NCBI GenBank assembly: GCA_040904565.1
Contig: JBBDTI010000013.1
Coordinates: forward strand, 32,001 to 96,000
Length of the DNA stretch: 64,000 bases
Direction: 5' to 3'
Source: Rhodothermales bacterium
Lineage (GTDB): Bacteria; Bacteroidota; Rhodothermia; Rhodothermales; VXPQ01
Shown: in pieces, positions 9,302-18,626 of the stretch
Layout of the letters: every line of letters starts with the position of its first letter
How positions within the stretch are numbered: position 1 is the stretch's first letter
Translations under genes and position numbers: made by a program
Notes under the pieces: model-generated
What the model was told of the DNA's origin: nothing
The model's database searches: none
Seen by the model: the letters and a program-made list of their open reading frames with translations, nothing else

Positions 9302-9748
9302 CTAGTAATAACGTTCCAGCCGCGCGCCCGTGTCGTCGTCGTATTCCTTGTCGATCCAGTAGCTAGGAGCTTCGCGTTCCCAGCTTCTCTGAAGGGGATC
9401 CTTCCCGAAGAGGCGCAGCATGAAGCCGGTCGGAGTCATGACCAGATAGAATACGATCGCCAGAATGACGCGAGTCATTACGAATCCCATCACGACAGCC
9501 AACCCCATCCACACCCGATACGGCTGTCTCAAGATCGCAGGATATACGAGTCCGGCCAGGACGAGCGCCGACCCGATCCCGGCCAGCCATCGGAACGTCG
9601 CGGACTGGGACCATCCGTTCCTCCAGATGACGAAGAATCCGATAGCCAGCACGATGGAACCGATAAGGGTGCCGAACGAGCGCAAGGCCTTTCGGCTCGT
9701 GTCGATTTCCTGAAAATCTTTCCTCAGAATGCTGAGCGTGTTTCGCAT
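9302..9748 (-). CDS. SxtJ-family membrane protein
   Basis: 'LRSFG', two TM segments, 'WM.LA..MG..MTR.IL..VFYLV.TP.G..LR..GKDPL....SYWI'. Start set at MRNTLS (9748). Confidence 0.8.
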   Translation of the reverse strand: MRNTLSILRKDFQEIDTSRKALRSFGTLIGSIVLAIGFFVIWRNGWSQSATFRWLAGIGSALVLAGLVYPAILRQPYRVWMGLAVVMGFVMTRVILAIVFYLVMTPTGFMLRLFGKDPLQRSWEREAPSYWIDKEYDDDTGARLERYY

Positions 9749-9989
9749 GGAGAAGTCGTGTGGGCCGGTGGTTTGCGGTTTTTGCCCGAGAGGATGCGGC
9801 GTTTGCACGGCGGGCGCCGGCATGACCGCTCGGGGCGTTCAGGGTCATTCCGTGTAGCGCAAATACTGTGCCCTCCGGTGCAGGTGCGGATGGTGGAAGG
9901 GGGCTGGTGTGTAGCGCTGCGGGCTGGGTGGGGAGGCCGCCTGGAGCAGCGGGTTGAAGAGCTGAATGAAAATATGATTGTAGGGGAAG

Positions 9990-10535
9990 ATGGATCTGTC
10001 GAAGGAGGAGCGGTCAGCGATCGATAGGAAGGAGGTCGAGCGACTCTTGAGCTTGTTACGCGGCGTTTCCTGGCGTGAAGACGGTACGGTTGCGATGCTT
10101 GTCGTGACTCCGCGTCCGCACGAGCATGTCGTCCGCGAGGAGGTGCGGGTGATTCGAGGAAAGGGGTTCGACGGGGATCACGATCGAAAATCGTACTACC
10201 GGGGGAGCTACGTTCCCGGGCGCGAGGTTTCCGCCATAACGCTCGAAGTGCTGAACGTGCTCGGCGTGGAGCCGTCCGTCGTTGGTGACAATCTAATCAC
10301 GCATGGAATAGACCTGGCCAGCCTGGAGAAGGGAGACGTCCTCCAGGTCGGCGACGTGCTTTTGGAGCGGAGTCATCGTGAACATCGCCCGTGCGAGACG
10401 TTTCGACATCGGACGAGTCCGGAAGCGTTTGCGATCGTCAGTCGTGGCCGTTACCGCGGCGCGTTGTTCACCGTCCGGGCGACGGGAACGGTTCGTCGCG
10501 GCGATCCGATCCGCGTGGTTCCTCCGGGAACGTAA
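9990..10535 (+). CDS. MOSC-domain protein (YiiM-like)
   Basis: 'G.G..GD', 'GDNL...GIDL..L..GD.LQVGDV.LE.....PC', 'RG....V...G.V..GD.I.V'. Confidence 0.8.
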   Translation: MDLSKEERSAIDRKEVERLLSLLRGVSWREDGTVAMLVVTPRPHEHVVREEVRVIRGKGFDGDHDRKSYYRGSYVPGREVSAITLEVLNVLGVEPSVVGDNLITHGIDLASLEKGDVLQVGDVLLERSHREHRPCETFRHRTSPEAFAIVSRGRYRGALFTVRATGTVRRGDPIRVVPPGT

Positions 10536-10569
10536 GAGCGGCCTTTCCCGGGGTGGCTGACCGCTCCTG

Positions 10570-12468
10570 CTACTGCTGATCGGTCAGGGAAGAAGAAGGA
10601 AGTCTTTCCGGAGGGCGCGGTTCGAACCGCATGCTACCGCGGGCGGCTGCCGTTACGTCTACGAGCTTGTTGAAAACGTCCGCCCCCCAGATCCGTTCGT
10701 GTGTTCTGATGATATCGAGCTGCGTTCTCCGGTAGTGGGTCGGATTAGACCGGGCGAGCTCTTCGAAGCGCTCGACGATGACCCCGAGCTGCCGCCGGTT
10801 CTCGTATGTAAAGCCGAAACGAGCCGTTTCCTTTACGAGCTCCGCATAGCGGCGGTCCCATTCGGTGATCTCGCTGGGATGCGGGGGACGGTACGTATCG
10901 TCCGAAAACCGGAAAGTCTTCTCCGGGTCGATCACGTGTAATCCGGCCGTCTCCAGAATCCGTGAAGCGCCAGGTGGGAGGAAGAAGCGCACCGGGTGTC
11001 CCTGCGCTCGTGCAACCAGTTCGATGTCGTTGGCGGGCGTAAGTCCGGGTCCCGTCTCGGGTGCATCCGGGAGATCGAAGTGTCCGTTCAGGCTCCTGAA
11101 GCGATCGTACGGCGCCAGGTTTTCCGTTCCGGGGCCCCAGTCGAGCTCGACCTCGGACTGACGCAGGGCTCGCAGGAGCTCGCTCAGGTAAAGGCTGGCT
11201 CCTTCATGGAGCTGCACGCGATCGGCTCGAAGTGTACGTGTCGTATCGATCGGCTGAGATTGCACGGCCCGGAGCGCCCCATAGGCAGAGGCAACGTAGC
11301 CGCGAGAGTAGCTTTGGAAGCTGGAGCGTCTCGAGACGGTGTCGTATCCGGTCGTGACGGCCCACATATAGGCGTCCATCACGGTTGATTCCTGCGTGAT
11401 CAAATCGCTTCCCGCCGTCAGAAATTGGCGGTAGACCATGTAAATATTGCCGGGTCCGGTATGATATGCCGAGAGGCCGGGGATTTCGTGTCCGACCGCA
11501 TTGGTGTATCCGGCTGCGGTAAGGAATGCCGGTTCCATAGTAAGCAGTGGGTGCCATTCCTCGTACACGTCGATCGAGCGTCCACCGGCCGTCTCGACGC
11601 GGTAATGGTGGACGTCATTCTGCCGAAGAATGTAGGGCATCATCTGGTAGCGGCTGCGCGCTCCCACGGGTGACACGAGTCGGTCGTCGTTAAACGTCTC
11701 CACCGTACCGATTTCGGTCAGGAGGAGGCTCATCCCGAGATATCTCGCGAGCCGTACTTCGTATACAATGAGTCCGCGTTCACGCTCTCGTGCTTCGAGC
11801 ACCTGATTTCTGCGACCCCACCTGACGGTAACGGCATCGCGGGGCGTATTCCCCGCGGCGTGCTTGTCGACCAGACGGCGCGTCAGCTCTCGCCGCTGTC
11901 GATCGATGCGGTCCCAGTCCCAATCGGTCCCGGTCTGCCTCTCTTCGTAGGCGCGCCGTTCTTCCGTCAGCTCGTAGATTTCCAGGATCTCGTCGGTCCG
12001 GTTGTCGAAGACGCGTATCGTGAAGTTGTCGTCCACTCCCTGCCGCTGTTCGTAGAGGTCGAGCAGGCGGCGGAATTCACGGATCATGCGGCTCGTGGGT
12101 GTCGAAGCGCCCATTCCCAGGAGCTCGCCCGACGTATAGGGTTGGTGAACGACGTCCGGATGTATGTCCAGCTCCTGGAGGCTGAATACGCTTTCAGCGG
12201 CGGGGCCGGCATCGAGGCCGGGGCGTACGATAGGTTCGCCGAGAGGGCCGAGGTAGCTCATCATGCCGCGGGCGGTAGTACCGAGTCCACTCGAAAGCAT
12301 CAGCAGCATTACGATACCGAGCGCTCCGGCCATCGTGCCCCAGAAGATGTTGGCGGCACGTGTCGTATGAAGGTGCTCGTCGCCGGAGGGCGGGCGAGTC
12401 TCGGCAGAACGATCGTTCCCCGTGGGGTTTCGGTTATTCGGTGCGGGCAGTCTGCTGTTATCGGACAT
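10570..12468 (-). CDS. Membrane-anchored, divergent lytic-transglycosylase (SLT/MltD-like) domain protein
   Basis: Single N-terminal TM; 'TVET...VSPVGARSRYQMMP', 'EEWHP', 'SAYHTGPGNI', 'SRGYVAS' follow the order of SLT motifs. Start is uncertain (12468 or 12486). Confidence 0.6.
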   Translation of the reverse strand: MSDNSRLPAPNNRNPTGNDRSAETRPPSGDEHLHTTRAANIFWGTMAGALGIVMLLMLSSGLGTTARGMMSYLGPLGEPIVRPGLDAGPAAESVFSLQELDIHPDVVHQPYTSGELLGMGASTPTSRMIREFRRLLDLYEQRQGVDDNFTIRVFDNRTDEILEIYELTEERRAYEERQTGTDWDWDRIDRQRRELTRRLVDKHAAGNTPRDAVTVRWGRRNQVLEARERERGLIVYEVRLARYLGMSLLLTEIGTVETFNDDRLVSPVGARSRYQMMPYILRQNDVHHYRVETAGGRSIDVYEEWHPLLTMEPAFLTAAGYTNAVGHEIPGLSAYHTGPGNIYMVYRQFLTAGSDLITQESTVMDAYMWAVTTGYDTVSRRSSFQSYSRGYVASAYGALRAVQSQPIDTTRTLRADRVQLHEGASLYLSELLRALRQSEVELDWGPGTENLAPYDRFRSLNGHFDLPDAPETGPGLTPANDIELVARAQGHPVRFFLPPGASRILETAGLHVIDPEKTFRFSDDTYRPPHPSEITEWDRRYAELVKETARFGFTYENRRQLGVIVERFEELARSNPTHYRRTQLDIIRTHERIWGADVFNKLVDVTAAARGSMRFEPRPPERLPSSSLTDQQ

Positions 12469-12652
12469 GTACGGGTGCGCAATCAATAGGTCTTTGCGGC
12501 ACGTGAGTATCTTGGTGAAGATCGATCATAACCAATAGATTTCAGTCCGGATCCAACGTGAGAAGGATTCCTACATCTCGTTGGAAGTCATCTCTCCCGT
12601 GGCCGGGCTCCATGTTGCCTGCTTACAGGCGTCCACATGGTATTAGAGCAAC

Positions 12653-13357
12653 TCACGTGCCGAGATTGTCTGCACAGGCCAGGCGCCGGGCATGCTGCAC
12701 GAGGTTCTGGAAGAGAGGCGCCATGTCGCTTCCCATTCGTTCCGGATGGAACTGTACGCCGAGGACCGTACCGTCGTCGTTTTCGATCGCTTCTACGACG
12801 CCGTCCGGCGCGCGCGCGGCTATGCGAAACGGTTCGGCGACGCGCGAGACGGCCTGGATGTGCCGCGTGTTCACGAGCAGGGAACGACGCTTCAGCACCG
12901 CATGCAGCGCGGACGACGCGTCGATCTCGATCGGATGCCAGGTGCCTCCTCGTTGTTCGCTGTGTGTGAGGCTGCCGTCGACATTCGCCTCGACATCGGC
13001 GTAGATCGTCCCGCCGTGCACTGCATTCAACATCTGCATGCCATAGCAGATCCCGAGTACGGGGCGCCGCGTTTTCAGAAAAGCCCGGAGCACGGCGGCG
13101 TCCGATCGAGCGCGAATCGGATCGGCCTGATCGATGTCGTCCGGCAGGTCTCCGATGAGTCCCTCCGTAACGGCCGGTCCACCCGTGATGACGAGCCCGT
13201 GGAGGAGACGTACGCACGCGTCGAGCGTATCGGCCGTCTCGACCATCGGAACGATAACGGGGATACCGCCGGCCCGGTCTACGGCGTGAACGTAGTCGAC
13301 GTCGAGGCGCTGCTCGCCGTCATGAAGCGACGTGGTAATTCCAATTCGAACGTCCAT
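12653..13357 (-). CDS. Gamma-glutamyl-gamma-aminobutyrate hydrolase family (peptidase C26, PuuD-like)
   Basis: 'AGGIPV', 'GLVITGG', 'PVLGICYGMQ.LN...GGT', 'DG.VEAIE', 'GVQFHPE' class I glutamine amidotransferase triad. Confidence 0.88.
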   Translation of the reverse strand: MDVRIGITTSLHDGEQRLDVDYVHAVDRAGGIPVIVPMVETADTLDACVRLLHGLVITGGPAVTEGLIGDLPDDIDQADPIRARSDAAVLRAFLKTRRPVLGICYGMQMLNAVHGGTIYADVEANVDGSLTHSEQRGGTWHPIEIDASSALHAVLKRRSLLVNTRHIQAVSRVAEPFRIAARAPDGVVEAIENDDGTVLGVQFHPERMGSDMAPLFQNLVQHARRLACADNLGT

Positions 13358-13419
13358 AGGGCGGTGCGAGATGGCCGCGAGATGCTCCGGGAGATGGTTT
13401 TCGTTTCGGTGAGCGGCCG

Positions 13420-16400
13420 TTACTCACCCTCCAGGGCTACATTGGTTCGTCCAAGCAGTCGAGCCATCCCGTTCATCAGCTCAGGTGTCGGATCGACGAC
13501 GTACGAACGGCTGCGGACGCGCTGCGGGCCGCCTTGGGGAAGGTCGTGAGCGCGAATGTCGAAATATAGCTTGCACTGTCCACGATTGTTCTCGCAGAGC
13601 ACGCGCAGCTTATCGATCGTGTCGGCGTCGACGTGGTCGCTATCGACGTTCAGGACGATGGCCTTAACCATCTGCTCGCGGACCTTCCACATGGGAACGA
13701 TGTCACGGCCGATGATCTTGACGTTACCCCCTCGCAGTTCTACCTCCCCGGTGGCCATCACGACCTCGTCGACCTTTAGATAATTCTGGACGCGGTCGAA
13801 TACGTTGGAGAAACAGACAATTTCTCCCTGGCCGGTAAAATCTTCGATCGTGACGAAGGCGATCGGTTTTCCCGTCTTCGTGGTGCGCCGCTGCACCTCG
13901 GTAATGATGCCGAAAAAGGTGTGCTTCGGTCCACGACCGTTCTGACGGCTCTCGCCGTCCGCTTCAGCGCGTTCGAGGTCTTCTTCCGTAACGTTGCCCA
14001 GCCCGGCCGTAGCGAACGCACGCGTTTCTGCCGAATAGGCTTCGAGGGGATGCCCGGATATGTAGAAGCCCATCAGGTCACGCTCTTCCTTCAGGATTCT
14101 GGATCGCGGCCAGGACTCGGCGCTCGGTAGCGAGGGCGTCATGATGGCCCCACCCGTTTCCGCACCGAACAAGGAGTTCTGTCCGGCCGCGCGATCGGCC
14201 TGGACTTTCTGGGCGTACTGCACGGCTAGGTCTACTGATTCGACGTGCTGGGCGCGGTGACCTTCGAGGTCTTCAAGGGCCCCCGCTCTCGCCAGGCTCT
14301 CGAGGGCTTTCTTATTCACGGCCCGAAGATCGAGTTCTCGCGTCATATCGAAGATCGTCTCGAACGTGCCATGTTCATCCCGTGCATGGACGATGGCTTC
14401 GATGGCGGCCGATCCCACGCCCTTCACGGCGCCGAGGCCGAACCGGATGCGTCCGTCGTCCACGGTAAACTGATTGTTGCTACCATTGATGGAGGGCGGC
14501 AGCACGTCGATGCCCATCTGACGCGCTTCCTCCAGTACGATGGACAGCTTCTTCGTGTCTCCCATCTCATTCGTCATGGCCGCGGCCATGAACGCGGCAG
14601 GGTAGTGGGCCTTCAGATAGGCCGTCTGGTATGCGACGACCGAGTATGCCGCGCTGTGACTCTTGTTGAAGCCGTACCCGGCAAACTTGGCCATCATGTC
14701 GAAGACCTCGTTGGCCGTCGCTTCGGATACGCCCCGCTCTACGGCACCCTCGACGAAGATGGTACGGTGCTTATCCATCTCCTTCTGCTTCTTCTTGCCC
14801 ATGGCCCGGCGAAGGAGGTCGGCACCACCGAGCGAGTAGCCGCCCATGACCTGCGCCATTTGCATGACCTGTTCCTGATAGACCGGGATGCCGTAGGTCG
14901 GCTTCAGGACCGGCTCGAGCATCGGATGGGGATATTCGACGGCCTCGCGACCGTGCTTCCGATTGATGTAGTTGGGGATCAGGTCCATCGGGCCGGGGCG
15001 ATACAGGGCGTTCATCGCGATGAGATCGTCCAGGCTCGTCGGCTTGAGCTTCCGGAGCCATTCTCTCATGCCGGTGGACTCGAACTGGAAGATGGCGACC
15101 GTGTCGCCGCGCTGGAAGAGCTCGAAGGTCTTCTCGTCGTCCAGCGGAATGTCGTCCAGGTCGATTGTTCTATCGTGTTCCTCCTGGATGAGCCGCAGTG
15201 CGTCATTGAGCACGGTCAGCGTCTTAAGCCCGAGGAAATCCATCTTCAGCAGACCGAACTCCTCCACCCAGCTGCCGTCGTACTGTGTGGTAATGACTTC
15301 GTCGCCCTTGCTGCGGGCTACGGCGACGGGAACGTAGTCGCTCACATCGCCGGGTGCGATGATGACGCCGGCGGCGTGGACGCCCGTGTGCCTCGCTGAA
15401 CCCTCGAGCACCTGAGCGTAGTGCATCAATTTCCGAATATCCGGATCCTGGTGATTCTCGAGCTCCCTGAATTCTCGAACCTCTTTCTTGGCGGCATCGA
15501 GGTCCACCTTGACGCCGTCCGGGATCATCTTGGCAATGCGGTCGGCTTCGTTGAGTGGAATGCCCAGCACGCGAGACACGTCACGGATGACCGAACGAGC
15601 ACCCATCGTGCCAAAGGTCACGATCTGGCAGACGTTCTTTCTGCCGTATTTGTCGACGACATAATCGATGACTTTCGAGCGACCGCGATCGTCGAAATCG
15701 ATGTCGATATCCGGCATGGACACGCGTTCCGGATTCAAAAACCGCTCGAATAGCAGATCGTACTTGAGTGGATCGATGTTGGTGATCCCGAGGCAGTACG
15801 CGACGGCGCTGCCGGCGGCCGATCCCCGACCGGGACCCACCCGCACGTCGAGCTCACGCGCCGCCGTAGTAAAATCCTGCACGATAAGGAAATAGCCTGC
15901 GTACCCCATCTCTTTGATGATGCGCAGCTCCGACTCGAGTCGCTCGACGACCTCGGCACGCATCTCGGGATATCGGGAGCGGGCGCGTTGAAAGACGAGG
16001 TGACGCAGATAGGCGTCCATGTCTTCATCGAACTCGTCCGGAATGGGGTAGTGCGGCATCAGCAGCTCCCCCAGGGAAATTTCCAGGTCGCATTTGTCCA
16101 CGATCTCGCGGGTGCGATCCAGCGCGGCGTCCCGCATCACGGCCTCGAGATCGGTCAGCGACGACCGCATCTCGTCGGTGGACTTGAAGAAGAACTGATC
16201 GTTCTCGAAGCGCATGCGGTTGGGATCGTAGAGATCCTTTCCCGTCTGCAGGCAGAGGAGTACGTCCTGCGCTGCCGCGTCCTGCTGCTCGATGTAGTGT
16301 ACGTCGTTCGTCGCGATGACGGACACGCCGTACTCTTTGGCCCACCGAAGGAGCACGGCGTTGCATCGCTTCTGATCCTCTATGCCGTGATCCTGAATCT

Positions 16401-16908
16401 CGACGTAGTAGTCGTCGCCGAAGATATCGAGGTACGTCTCAAAGATCCGGCGTGCCTTCGCCTCCCCTTCGTTCAGGATGATTTGGAGGACCTCTCCCTG
16501 CAGGCAGCACGTGGTCGCGATGAGTCCCTCACTATACGCTCGCAGCGTTTCCTTGTCGATCCGCGGCTTGTAGTAATAGCCGTCCGTGTACGAAAGAGAG
16601 GATAGCTTGATGAGATTCTGATATCCTCGCTCATCTTTGGCCAGCAGCACCTGGTGATAGCGGGTCCGGTCGGACCGGTCCTGCATACCCGACGGCGTTA
16701 CGTAGAATTCGCAGCCGATGATCGGTTTGATGCCGGCCTTCCTCGCCGACGTGTAGAATTTCGGGACGCCGTACAGGTTGCCGTGGTCGGTGATCGCCAG
16801 TCCCGACATGCCTGAATGGGCGGCTCTGTCGACGAGTGCTTGAATGCCGGCCGCGCCGTCCAACAACGAAAACTGCGTGTGACAGTGTAGATGGTTAAAG
16901 TCGCACAT
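13420..16908 (-). CDS. dnaE: DNA polymerase III subunit alpha
   Basis: PHP 'HLHCHT.FSLLDG', 'GPGRGSAAGS', 'FERFLNPERVSMPDIDIDF', 'GLLKMDFLGL', 'YGFNKSH', C-terminal OB fold. No intein is visible. Confidence 0.99.
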   Translation of the reverse strand: MCDFNHLHCHTQFSLLDGAAGIQALVDRAAHSGMSGLAITDHGNLYGVPKFYTSARKAGIKPIIGCEFYVTPSGMQDRSDRTRYHQVLLAKDERGYQNLIKLSSLSYTDGYYYKPRIDKETLRAYSEGLIATTCCLQGEVLQIILNEGEAKARRIFETYLDIFGDDYYVEIQDHGIEDQKRCNAVLLRWAKEYGVSVIATNDVHYIEQQDAAAQDVLLCLQTGKDLYDPNRMRFENDQFFFKSTDEMRSSLTDLEAVMRDAALDRTREIVDKCDLEISLGELLMPHYPIPDEFDEDMDAYLRHLVFQRARSRYPEMRAEVVERLESELRIIKEMGYAGYFLIVQDFTTAARELDVRVGPGRGSAAGSAVAYCLGITNIDPLKYDLLFERFLNPERVSMPDIDIDFDDRGRSKVIDYVVDKYGRKNVCQIVTFGTMGARSVIRDVSRVLGIPLNEADRIAKMIPDGVKVDLDAAKKEVREFRELENHQDPDIRKLMHYAQVLEGSARHTGVHAAGVIIAPGDVSDYVPVAVARSKGDEVITTQYDGSWVEEFGLLKMDFLGLKTLTVLNDALRLIQEEHDRTIDLDDIPLDDEKTFELFQRGDTVAIFQFESTGMREWLRKLKPTSLDDLIAMNALYRPGPMDLIPNYINRKHGREAVEYPHPMLEPVLKPTYGIPVYQEQVMQMAQVMGGYSLGGADLLRRAMGKKKQKEMDKHRTIFVEGAVERGVSEATANEVFDMMAKFAGYGFNKSHSAAYSVVAYQTAYLKAHYPAAFMAAAMTNEMGDTKKLSIVLEEARQMGIDVLPPSINGSNNQFTVDDGRIRFGLGAVKGVGSAAIEAIVHARDEHGTFETIFDMTRELDLRAVNKKALESLARAGALEDLEGHRAQHVESVDLAVQYAQKVQADRAAGQNSLFGAETGGAIMTPSLPSAESWPRSRILKEERDLMGFYISGHPLEAYSAETRAFATAGLGNVTEEDLERAEADGESRQNGRGPKHTFFGIITEVQRRTTKTGKPIAFVTIEDFTGQGEIVCFSNVFDRVQNYLKVDEVVMATGEVELRGGNVKIIGRDIVPMWKVREQMVKAIVLNVDSDHVDADTIDKLRVLCENNRGQCKLYFDIRAHDLPQGGPQRVRSRSYVVDPTPELMNGMARLLGRTNVALEGE

Positions 16909-17286
16909 GCGCACAATTTCTATTACGTAATGCCGACCCGAAAGATAGAATCTCGCGGGTCGCGTTCAATACCTGTGGAAATCTTGTCGGAAATTGTTGA
17001 AAATCCGCATCTTATCTACTCGAATGAATCGGATTGAAACGTAGCGACGGCAGGTCGACGCCGGCCCGACCGCCCGCAACATGAATATCGGCCGCGCGAC
17101 TGACACCCTCCTGTCGCACCCTTCGATGCGAGGCGGCCGATTTGCCGTTTGTCCTTTACAAAGTGTCTGCCGGATGTCTATGCGGATGGGATCATGTCGG
17201 CCTTCGGTCTTCGTACAAGCAGGCGGCGTGACGGACTGCCGCCTCTGAAGTCGATGAACTGGAAAGTCGATCAACGTATGAACGGC

Positions 17287-18045
17287 ATGGCGACAAGAAC
17301 CCTGCATCTCATCTTCCTGGACGACGTTCATGCTGCGGACGTATTGTTTATGCAGAACCTCTCCAGGTCTATGGGGAGGAGGTCGTGGAGACCCGCGCCG
17401 GTCCTCGTGCATGGCAGCGGGGAGCATGCGGAGCAGCTCTTGGAGTCCCATGGCATCTTTCGATCTCGGTCCGACGGCGTCCTGGCCATCGAGTCCAGCC
17501 GCGAGCACGCTCTCGTACAGCAGGCGCTGCGCGGACTGAACCAGAAGGTGGTTGCTCTCCTGACGGATGCGGTCGTTTCGTCCGTCGGCGTGATGGGATC
17601 CCAACGGAGCGTCTTTGCCGCGCGTAATGGGGGACTCTTCGTACAGGAGATCTCATGGCTGAAGGATCTGTGTGAGCAGGGCGTGGTTCCCGTCGTCGCG
17701 GCCAGTGGGCGCGACGTGGCCTCGGGGTCGACGGGGGAGATTCCGGCCGTGCACGCGGCGATCGTCCTCGCGCGGGCACTTCGAACGTGGTACGAGCGCG
17801 TAGAGGTTGTGTTTTTCACCACGACGAATCTGCCAGGCATCATGCACGCAGGAAAGCCGCGTGAGCAGGTCTCCGTAGGGGATGAGGTGCTGCGCGACAA
17901 GGTGCCCGACATGGATGCGCTCCTTGAGGTGGTGTCCGCGGGTCTACCGGTAGTGCTCACAAATTCGAATCGCCTGTCCGACGAAGCAGGTCCGTCAGGG
18001 ACGATGATCACAGCGCCCGAAGCAGCGTCCGGGATGGATGCGTGA
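17287..18045 (+). CDS. Amino-acid-kinase-fold (acetylglutamate kinase-like) protein, degenerate
   Basis: 'PVLVHGSG', 'N.K.V..L', 'G.VPVVA', 'A..LA.AL...VVFFT...G', C-terminal 'GT.I'. Lacks the N-terminal KxGG motif. Start is uncertain. Confidence 0.6.
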   Translation: MATRTLHLIFLDDVHAADVLFMQNLSRSMGRRSWRPAPVLVHGSGEHAEQLLESHGIFRSRSDGVLAIESSREHALVQQALRGLNQKVVALLTDAVVSSVGVMGSQRSVFAARNGGLFVQEISWLKDLCEQGVVPVVAASGRDVASGSTGEIPAVHAAIVLARALRTWYERVEVVFFTTTNLPGIMHAGKPREQVSVGDEVLRDKVPDMDALLEVVSAGLPVVLTNSNRLSDEAGPSGTMITAPEAASGMDA

Positions 18046-18083
18046 CGTTCACGTTCAGCCCGGACACCCCGCGGAGCGTTTTC

Positions 18084-18112
18084 TTGACACGCCAGAGGGA
18101 TTGCGTTAAGTT
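18084..18112 (+). promoter_or_regulatory. Sigma70-type promoter upstream of the histone-like gene
   Basis: TTGACA (18084-89), 17-bp spacer, TAAGTT (18107-12). Confidence 0.6.
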
Positions 18113-18305
18113 CTTTCGGCTGCGCGATGCCCCGTTGGATCGTCGGCTCATCGCGTGTCGGTATACCTGATCAGTTGTAATCGGATCGCACGGTTTCTGG
18201 AATGAGCGCCGCCCTGGGTACCGCCCGTCGATGCGTGACGGCGATTCGTTTTCGCGGATAGAATACGCTTCCGGCATCATCTCATCACGAAAAGGAGGTA
18301 GATCA

Positions 18306-18482
18306 ATGAGTCGATTCGACGACCTGAAATCGTTTGTAGAAAGTCTCGAAGAGGATTTCACAAAGTTCTACAAGAAAGGTAACAAGGCCGCCGGAACGCG
18401 CGTTCGGAAAGGCATGCAGGAGTTGAAGCGGAAAGCCCAGGACATCCGAGTCGACATACAGGATAAAAAGAACGCCATGTAG
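18306..18482 (+). CDS. Small basic Hc1/'histone H1'-like DNA-binding protein (FCB type)
   Basis: 58 aa with 'DF.KFY.KGNKAAGTRVRKGMQELK..AQ.IR..IQ'; strong AAAGGAGG RBS upstream. Confidence 0.88.
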   Translation: MSRFDDLKSFVESLEEDFTKFYKKGNKAAGTRVRKGMQELKRKAQDIRVDIQDKKNAM

Positions 18483-18626
18483 ATGGCTCGAAGAGCTCCG
18501 ATGCCGGAACGCATCGGCGCTTTCCACGTGCATGATAGGTCACACCGGGTTATGAGGGGCTATGCTGTTTGCAGCGTAGCCTTTCGTTTGTACGTCGAAC
18601 ACGGCATCGAGGCGGTTTTGGGGAAG

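Noticed and set aside
14245-15399. 384-aa ORF antisense to dnaE, and similar long shadow ORFs (e.g. 37168-38061, 44030-45127, 53129-54184, 55083-56030, 57264-58217)
   Set aside because: They lie opposite or within well-conserved genes and have no recognisable motifs. Such ORFs are expected from high-GC codon bias.
17011-17040. 30-mer ending in ATTGAAAC, resembling a CRISPR repeat end
   Set aside because: Single copy, no spacer-repeat periodicity, and no cas genes in the window.
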